Source: Nitrospinota bacterium (GTDB lineage: Bacteria; Nitrospinota_A; UBA7883; JACRGQ01). Taken from it: a stretch of 32,000 nt of DNA. Positions 26,075-32,000 of the stretch are shown here, piece by piece. How positions within the stretch are numbered: the stretch's first letter is position 1; every line of letters starts with the position of its first letter. Below the pieces are notes generated by a model. The model was not told the origin of the DNA, ran no database searches, and was given only the letters and a program-made list of their open reading frames with translations. The DNA lies in the NCBI GenBank assembly GCA_029881495.1, contig JAOUMJ010000012.1, positions 36,904 through 68,903 on the forward strand. Direction: 5' to 3'. Made by a program: the position numbers and the translations under genes.

Positions 26075-27451
26075 ATGACCATAGCCGAAAAATACAAAAA
26101 GCATTCATATGTCATCTCAGCTTTTTCGGCCGTTGCAATAACCATGCTCCTTTTCACAAAAACAATTCCGGGAACTGCCGGCCCCGACACATCCCGCCTT
26201 GCATTAGCCGAATCACTGATAGAAAGAAACAGCTTGTTTATCGACCAATCGTATTTTTCTTATACCGGCGACCATGTAAGAATTGAAGGAAAAAGATTTT
26301 CTGATAAAGCTCCATTGCTGAGCTTTTATCTCGCAATCCCCTATGCCGTGCTGAATAAAGTATTTGGCCTCTCGTTCAGCACAAATCCGCAAACATGCCA
26401 TTACATCCTCACCATCTTCTCAAGCGGCCTCTCCACGCTGGCATTGATGTACTACCTGCTCCTGCTTTTGAGAAGAGAAGGGGTAAGTGACAGCACTATT
26501 TCAATACTCCTGCTGTCAATGTATTACTCAACGATCCTGATGCCATACTCTTTCACCATAAACAACCATACCCCTGCAATAGCGATGATTCTGGCATCGT
26601 GGCACTACTCCAAATCGGGAAAACCGTTTCTTGCCGGGATTATCGCATCCTTCGCCGTAAGCGTGGATTTGGCTTCCGTTTTTATCCTTCTGCCGCTGGT
26701 CTTGTCTGACAGGAACAGAATTAGAATTATAGTCGGAGGCATTCCAGCAGCGTTATTGTTCATGGCATGGAATTTAATGACCGCCGGAAGCATAATCCCC
26801 CACAGCATGCGGCCGGAACTTTTCCAATATGAGGGATCCATCACCGCACCGGCAGTACAGGGCTCCGGGATAATGCATGATAATATTTCCGCCTACTTCC
26901 AGTATCTGTTCCATTATCTTATTGGAAGCAGAGGTCTATTTTTTTATAGCCCCGCCTGCCTCATAGGACTGTACGGCATACTGAAGCACCCGGGGAAATT
27001 CGTATACCCGGCGATCTCAATCCTTCTTTTTATTTTCGGCACGACATTGACCTCGAACAACTACGCAGGGTGGTGCTGGGGGGTCAGATGGCATATCCTT
27101 GCCATCCCGTTTCTCATCTACTCTATACACCCCCTGCTCCAAAAGCCTTCCCCGCTGTTCAAGACACTTTTTACGGTCGCTTTTATCGCAGGTTTTTCGC
27201 TATCCGTACTCGGCTCTAAAGATCCATGGCTGATGACACTGGATGAGGATTCATCACTTGAAGCGAGACTGACCATGAAAAAGAAGTACGTTGAACAGGA
27301 CTACCTTTTCGGCATAGCGTTTGCCGAGAACGGCAAACTCCTCTACGCGGAAAAAAAGTTTGAAGACGCCCTTGGGAGGGATCCCGGTTATGAACCGGCG
27401 AGATCGGCAAAGAAGGCTGTTCGGGCCGAAAGGCTGAAAAGAGGTATCTAG
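26075..27451 (+). CDS. second polytopic membrane protein, ArnT/PMT-like GT-C candidate with C-terminal TPR
   Basis: 458 aa, starting 1 nt after the previous stop. The N-terminal loop DTSRLALAESLIERNSLFIDQS...GKRFSDKAPLLSF resembles the first periplasmic loop of GT-C enzymes. It has about 10 TM helices and a C-terminal TPR-like tail (AEKKFEDALGRDPGYEPA). Confidence 0.5.
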   Translation: MTIAEKYKKHSYVISAFSAVAITMLLFTKTIPGTAGPDTSRLALAESLIERNSLFIDQSYFSYTGDHVRIEGKRFSDKAPLLSFYLAIPYAVLNKVFGLSFSTNPQTCHYILTIFSSGLSTLALMYYLLLLLRREGVSDSTISILLLSMYYSTILMPYSFTINNHTPAIAMILASWHYSKSGKPFLAGIIASFAVSVDLASVFILLPLVLSDRNRIRIIVGGIPAALLFMAWNLMTAGSIIPHSMRPELFQYEGSITAPAVQGSGIMHDNISAYFQYLFHYLIGSRGLFFYSPACLIGLYGILKHPGKFVYPAISILLFIFGTTLTSNNYAGWCWGVRWHILAIPFLIYSIHPLLQKPSPLFKTLFTVAFIAGFSLSVLGSKDPWLMTLDEDSSLEARLTMKKKYVEQDYLFGIAFAENGKLLYAEKKFEDALGRDPGYEPARSAKKAVRAERLKRGI

Positions 27452-27463
27452 CGAAATTCCCGG

Positions 27464-28543
27464 CTAGAGATAGTCGGCATAGCCGCGCCTCTCAATCTCT
27501 TCGACCATCGATTTTATCTCCTGCGCGCGGTCTTTCCTGCATATAAGGAGAGCATCGTCAGTTTCAACAATGATCAGGTTATCAACGCCCAGGAGAGCTA
27601 CAAGCTTTTTTGAATACACCGTGTTTGATTCGGATGAAATTGAAACCAGTTCGCATCCGCTTTTTCTGTTGCCGGTTTCATCAGCTTTCCAGATATCGTC
27701 CAGCGCACTCCACGAACCGACATCGTTCCATGAGAAGTTGGCCGCAATAACCGCGATAACGTCAGCCGACTTTTCCATTACCCCTTTGTCAATAGACACC
27801 GGCTCGATCGAACCATAGAACTCTTCCAGGGAGTCCGCTCCCGCTCCCTGCAGATGGTGTTTCTCAATAGCGGAGTTCAGCTTGGGAAGACAAGCCTTCA
27901 CCCTTGCCATGAAAATATCGGCTCTAAACACGAACATACCGCTGTTCCATAGGTATCGTCCCGATTCCAGATAAAATTTCGCCTTTTTCCGGTTCGGCTT
28001 TTCCATAAATGAACGAACATGGAAATATGATGAATCTATCTTGTTGCTGACTTCGATATACCCGTATCCCGTTTCGGGATAGGTTGGCCTTATTCCGAAT
28101 GTGACTATCATTTTTTTCATTTCTGCCAGTTCAATGGCCGTGTTGATGTCCTCTATAAGTTTCTCCTCTTTTCCGACGACATGATCCGCGGGGAGAACTA
28201 CCATCAAGGCATTTGGATCCTTCTTCAGCAGGATAGAGGCAGGAAAAGCTATTGCCGGAGCAGTGTTCCTCCCTTTCGGTTCAATGATAATGTTTTCCAC
28301 GGGGAGGTCATGGGCGCTTTCCAGAACATGCTTGGAATGGCTTCTCGCGGTTATGATAAATATCCGCTCCTTTGGAATAAGCGGGGAGATCCTTTCGATG
28401 GTCTTGCGGAGAAGGGTTTTGTCCCCGTCAAGAGCTATAAGCTGTTTCGGTTTCGCCTCCCTGGAGAGGGGCCAGAATCGCTTCCCTCTCCCTCCGGCGA
28501 CAATAACTGCGTAAAGAGAATCTTTGTTCAATCGGTTCCCCAA
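27464..28543 (-). CDS. manC: mannose-1-phosphate guanylyltransferase (no isomerase domain)
   Basis: VIVAGGRGKRFWPLS nucleotidyltransferase motif and a length of 359 aa. The start is TTG at 28543; an alternative TTG at 28531 follows GGGGAA. Confidence 0.85.
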   Translation of the reverse strand: MGNRLNKDSLYAVIVAGGRGKRFWPLSREAKPKQLIALDGDKTLLRKTIERISPLIPKERIFIITARSHSKHVLESAHDLPVENIIIEPKGRNTAPAIAFPASILLKKDPNALMVVLPADHVVGKEEKLIEDINTAIELAEMKKMIVTFGIRPTYPETGYGYIEVSNKIDSSYFHVRSFMEKPNRKKAKFYLESGRYLWNSGMFVFRADIFMARVKACLPKLNSAIEKHHLQGAGADSLEEFYGSIEPVSIDKGVMEKSADVIAVIAANFSWNDVGSWSALDDIWKADETGNRKSGCELVSISSESNTVYSKKLVALLGVDNLIIVETDDALLICRKDRAQEIKSMVEEIERRGYADYL

Positions 28544-28740
28544 TATTGCTAAATGATTAATTTCGGATATTACACCAACCTGCGGAATACCACGAAATTA
28601 TAGTTTATTTCCCGCTTTTTAAGTCTGTTTTTTTGACGATCTGAAATATTTACGCCCCTCAGGCGGAACAATCCCGTTCAAAACGGCCTTGTTGCGATCC
28701 CCGTCGCTTGCCGCGCCTCTTCGGCTGATATCCAGTATTG

Positions 28741-29928
28741 TCAATACTCCCTGAAACCGTGCTTGATGAATATTCCGCCAAACACAAACAGAAGCAGAGC
28801 CATACCGATCGAACAGAGAAAACAAGCGATGAAAACCTCCCTGAGATCGCCGAAAAGGAGAACCACGGCCAATAAAGGCGGCCCGATAGTCTGACCAAGG
28901 CGGATGGTCATGCCGTAAAAGGATACCAGAAGGCCCCGGTATTCGGACGGCGACAGACCGGCAACTATGGACTGCACAAGCGGGAGCGTGATCCCCATAC
29001 ATGAGCCGACAAGGAGCATCACCAGGAACAGCCACACCTGCGAAGGGATGTATAGCACCAAAAGAAACGCCGTAGCCAGGAAAAGAAACCCTAAAACCAG
29101 CATAGCCCTTCTGCCGATAAGTTTTTCTATCTGGGACGAAAGAGGGGCGATTATCGCAGACGCGAACGAGGAAGATGCAATATATATCCCGATGGAAAAA
29201 GGGGACATGGAGAAATGATTTCCCATGAAAAACGTAAGGTAGGTGAGAACTCCGCCGTAAAGGAGCACGAATATCAACAGCCCAACCAAAAAGGCAAAAA
29301 TGCTTTTAAATGTGAAGATATACCGCTTTGCATGATTAAAGTATTCCAGGAAATTTTCGCGCTTCTGAAACTCTGGCTCTTTTAAATAAACAATTACGAA
29401 TAACGCAAGCGGCAATCCAAGCCAGAACATTAAAAATGGGGCTTTCCAGCTGACAGTCGCCAGCGTTCCACCAATAAACGGAAAGGCGGCCGTGCCGACC
29501 GAAAGGACAGCCGCGTTCAATCCCATAACCTTGAGCCTTAAGTCTTCATGAAAAAGATCTCCAACCAGAACCGTAGAGATCGCCGGCAGGGCCGCTCCAC
29601 CAATCCCCTGAATGAACCTGAAAGCCACTATCCAGTAGAAATCATCAAGCCAGTAAATAGCGCCCCCTGCGACGCTGAAAATCGTGAGTGAAACCACAAG
29701 GATAGGCTTTCTTCCGATCTTGTCCGCGAGCACTCCGAGAAAAAGAATAAAGAGTACGCCGGGGAGAGTGTAGCTGGAAATAATCAATCCGACTTCAGCG
29801 GGCGTAACGGAAAATTCCGCCCCTATAACCGGGATGACGGGAATAACAAGACTTACGCTTACGATACCGCCCAGCGTTATAGCGAATATGATGTAGAGAT
29901 TTATATCTTTATAAATTGATGTATTCAT
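28741..29928 (-). CDS. MFS transporter
   Basis: About 12 hydrophobic helices and MFS motif A (GVLADKIGRKP). The start is set to ATG 29928 (MNTSIYKD...), because the longer ORF would overlap pgpA extensively. Confidence 0.85.
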   Translation of the reverse strand: MNTSIYKDINLYIIFAITLGGIVSVSLVIPVIPVIGAEFSVTPAEVGLIISSYTLPGVLFILFLGVLADKIGRKPILVVSLTIFSVAGGAIYWLDDFYWIVAFRFIQGIGGAALPAISTVLVGDLFHEDLRLKVMGLNAAVLSVGTAAFPFIGGTLATVSWKAPFLMFWLGLPLALFVIVYLKEPEFQKRENFLEYFNHAKRYIFTFKSIFAFLVGLLIFVLLYGGVLTYLTFFMGNHFSMSPFSIGIYIASSSFASAIIAPLSSQIEKLIGRRAMLVLGFLFLATAFLLVLYIPSQVWLFLVMLLVGSCMGITLPLVQSIVAGLSPSEYRGLLVSFYGMTIRLGQTIGPPLLAVVLLFGDLREVFIACFLCSIGMALLLFVFGGIFIKHGFREY

Positions 29929-30427
29929 GCAGAAATAATTCAACGCCGTACAGCGAAACCAGCGCGTAAATCCCAGCCACAACGTCATCCATCATTACGC
30001 CGACCCCACCCTTGATGTTTTCAAAATTCCTGGCCGGGGGCGGTTTCACGATATCGAAAAAACGAAAGAGGAGGAATCCGGACAAAACAAGGATCGTGAA
30101 GACCTTGTCATCCGCGGCAAAAGAGGTCCCGACAAGAGGAAGATACGTTATCAACTGACCGGCAATCTCATCAATAACAATTTTCCCGCTGTCCTTCTCG
30201 CCGAATATAGTTTCCGCAATGGATGACACCGGAATCCCGATAACCGTTATCGCGAGAGTGATGCCAAAATATGAAAACATGCTCAATTCGTTTATCAGAA
30301 GAAATATTGCAACCCCCACCAGGGAGCCGGCAGTGCCGGAAGCAAAAGGGGAAAATCCAGTCCCAAAACCGCTTGCTATGAGAACTACCGGAATGTTTTT
30401 TGCCGACGATTTACTTCCGGTTTGCAT
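29909..30427 (-). CDS. pgpA: phosphatidylglycerophosphatase A
   Basis: IASGFGTGFSPFASGTAGSLVG and DIVKPPP motifs. The start is set to ATG 30427 (MQTGSKSS...). Confidence 0.8.
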   Translation of the reverse strand: MQTGSKSSAKNIPVVLIASGFGTGFSPFASGTAGSLVGVAIFLLINELSMFSYFGITLAITVIGIPVSSIAETIFGEKDSGKIVIDEIAGQLITYLPLVGTSFAADDKVFTILVLSGFLLFRFFDIVKPPPARNFENIKGGVGVMMDDVVAGIYALVSLYGVELFLHEYINL

Positions 30428-30527
30428 TGGGACAAGTTTAACATAAAGTGAAACCCGGCATGCACGGTTATCTCGATCCGAAGCATAAGATGCGACGAGC
30501 GGATCGCGCACTGATCGGGTTTAAGAT

Positions 30528-30839
30528 TTAATATTTAACCTCAATCCTGGCGAGGTAGGAAACAAGCTCTTCAATGTGACTGGTTATTGCAGCAAGATCG
30601 CTATTTTTTGCCGATTCCTCGATGGCCCCACCGATTTTTGTCAAACCCTCAAATCCGTACCCCCCGCCAGAGCCTTTCATGCTATGACCTGTGATCTTGA
30701 TCACCTCAAAATCCTTTTGGGAAACAGCATCCTTTAAAATGCCAACATCTTTTTGCCGATTTTCCAGGTATGCCGGAATAAGATCGGCCAAATCAGGATC
30801 GGCCTTGATTATTATCGGTGCAGTATCCTTACTATTCAT
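30528..30839 (-). CDS. Hpt (histidine phosphotransfer) domain protein
   Basis: 103 aa with the phospho-His motif HSMKGSGGGYG and a four-helix-bundle-like sequence. AGGAGTGGAG lies upstream of the ATG. Confidence 0.8.
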   Translation of the reverse strand: MNSKDTAPIIIKADPDLADLIPAYLENRQKDVGILKDAVSQKDFEVIKITGHSMKGSGGGYGFEGLTKIGGAIEESAKNSDLAAITSHIEELVSYLARIEVKY

Positions 30840-30930
30840 AACTCCACTCCTAACAAAATCAGGTTTTCAGTTACCAAACTCCCGCTCAACTCCCAGCACT
30901 CAACACCTTCCATCCAGCGCATAGCCAACG

Positions 30931-31902
30931 TCAGCTTTGTGGCTTCAGGCTTTTGAAAACAGCCACCTTATTGCGCCCGCTTTTTTTCGCGTCATACAGA
31001 GCGGCATCCGCATTATTAAGCAGGCTTTCAGCGCCTGAAGCAAGTTCTGGCACTTCAGTGGCCACTCCGATGCTTAACGTGACAACTTTTGATACCTCCG
31101 AATCTTCATGGACAATAGCCGCTTCATGGACTTTCATCCTCGCTTTTTCGGCAATCACAACGGCATGCTCGGCATCGGTATTCGGAAGAACTACCACAAA
31201 TTCCTCCCCGCCATATCTGGCGGCGACATCGCCGGGCCTTTTAAACAGACCTCCTATAATCCCAGCTACCCTGGCAAGACATGTATCCCCTTTCTGGTGA
31301 CCATATGTGTCATTGTACTTTTTAAAATGATCGATATCGATCATCAGAATGGAAATCGGCGTTTTGTTCCTGAAAGACCGCTTCCATTCATTTTCATATG
31401 CCTCATCGAAGTAACGTCTGTTTACGAGGCCGGTCAGAGCGTCATGGGTAGAGATAAACTCCAGTTTTTTATTCGCCTCCTCAAGCTTTACGAGAAGCTC
31501 CTTGCGGCGATCCATTTCGTATTTCAGTTTCAAAGCGGATCTGACCCTTGCCCTCAGCTCGGTTTTCCTTATCGGCTTTTGCACATAATCTATCGCTCCC
31601 GCCTCGAAAGCCCTTTCCAGATCGGATTCATCCGTGCTTGCAGTCACCATGATAATCGGGATATCGGCAAATACAGGCTCCTGTTTGATAAGGAGACAGG
31701 CCTCAATACCATCAATGCCGGGCATCATTATGTCGAGCAGGATTAGATCAAATGAGCGATCAGGTGTTCCGTTTATACCGAGGATTTCAATCGCTTCGGA
31801 GGCGGAGGGAGCGGTGAAGATCGTTGAACCTTCCAATTTTTTCAGCACTTCTTCCAGCAAAAATCGGCTGTCCTTGGAATCATCAACCAGCAGTATCTTC
31901 AA
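30931..31902 (-). CDS. response regulator with GGDEF output (diguanylate cyclase)
   Basis: REC domain (KILLVDD, DLILLDIMMPGIDG, MVTAS, K in VQKP), a coiled linker, then a GGDEF domain (RYGGEEFVVVL). The start is TTG at 31902, 5 nt after GGAGG. Confidence 0.9.
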   Translation of the reverse strand: MKILLVDDSKDSRFLLEEVLKKLEGSTIFTAPSASEAIEILGINGTPDRSFDLILLDIMMPGIDGIEACLLIKQEPVFADIPIIMVTASTDESDLERAFEAGAIDYVQKPIRKTELRARVRSALKLKYEMDRRKELLVKLEEANKKLEFISTHDALTGLVNRRYFDEAYENEWKRSFRNKTPISILMIDIDHFKKYNDTYGHQKGDTCLARVAGIIGGLFKRPGDVAARYGGEEFVVVLPNTDAEHAVVIAEKARMKVHEAAIVHEDSEVSKVVTLSIGVATEVPELASGAESLLNNADAALYDAKKSGRNKVAVFKSLKPQS

Positions 31903-32000
31903 AATGCCTCCACGGATTTTTTATTGTCATGGTCAGTTTTGGGATAACGACGAACAATCATCCCGGACACCCCCAAGCCTAACATAAATCTCAGAATAAT

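Noticed and set aside
28697-28708. ATCCCCGTCGCT resembles the ATCCCGTCGCT core of the array's 32-mer, raising the idea of a protospacer-like target or another relic.
   Set aside because: It is only an 11-12-nt match with an indel and no extension into the flanks, which is within chance expectation for a 32-kb window searched on both strands.

Overview
Bacterial chromosomal window, apparently Gram-negative (kdsA/kdsB and lipobox proteins present). It is mostly ordinary housekeeping DNA: about 36 protein genes and one tRNA. Left to right: L25/Ctc (partial), prs, tRNA-Gln, HEAT-repeat protein, FliL-like protein, argB, Xer-family tyrosine recombinase, patatin-like lipase, cupin, a 3-gene ABC-2 transporter, a Cys-rich lipoprotein, an hsp20 remnant, tpiA-secG, an orphan family-5 solute-binding protein, kdsB-pyrG-kdsA, pncA-pncB, a small membrane protein with a T2SSE_N/MshEN-like tail, hemB, a 3-gene membrane GT-C/DUF2723 operon next to manC, an MFS transporter, pgpA, Hpt and a REC-GGDEF regulator. 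I see no cas genes, transposases, phage genes or toxin-antitoxin pairs. The unusual part is 4.99-6.74 kb. It holds a 334-bp array with a 61-bp period, made of six 29-nt palindromic repeats whose stem (CCCCGC/GCGGGG followed by AT) is identical to the E. coli type I-E CRISPR repeat stem. The five 32-nt 'spacers' between them are essentially identical. The array sits between the recombinase gene and a membrane-anchored pentapeptide-repeat gene. That gene is followed by an inverted copy and decayed relics of the same element. A diverged, inverted paralogue at 18.25-19.38 kb shares a 32-nt upstream motif and a half-copy of the element. Secondary observations: exact TATAAT boxes 6-8 nt upstream of four start codons (with weaker -10-like hexamers at three more), suggesting leaderless mRNAs; two compound hairpin-plus-T-run structures in long intergenic regions; a 5'-truncated hsp20; and eight in-phase 30-bp DNA repeats inside the pentapeptide gene. 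All functional calls rest on motif recognition by eye, and no database search was possible.
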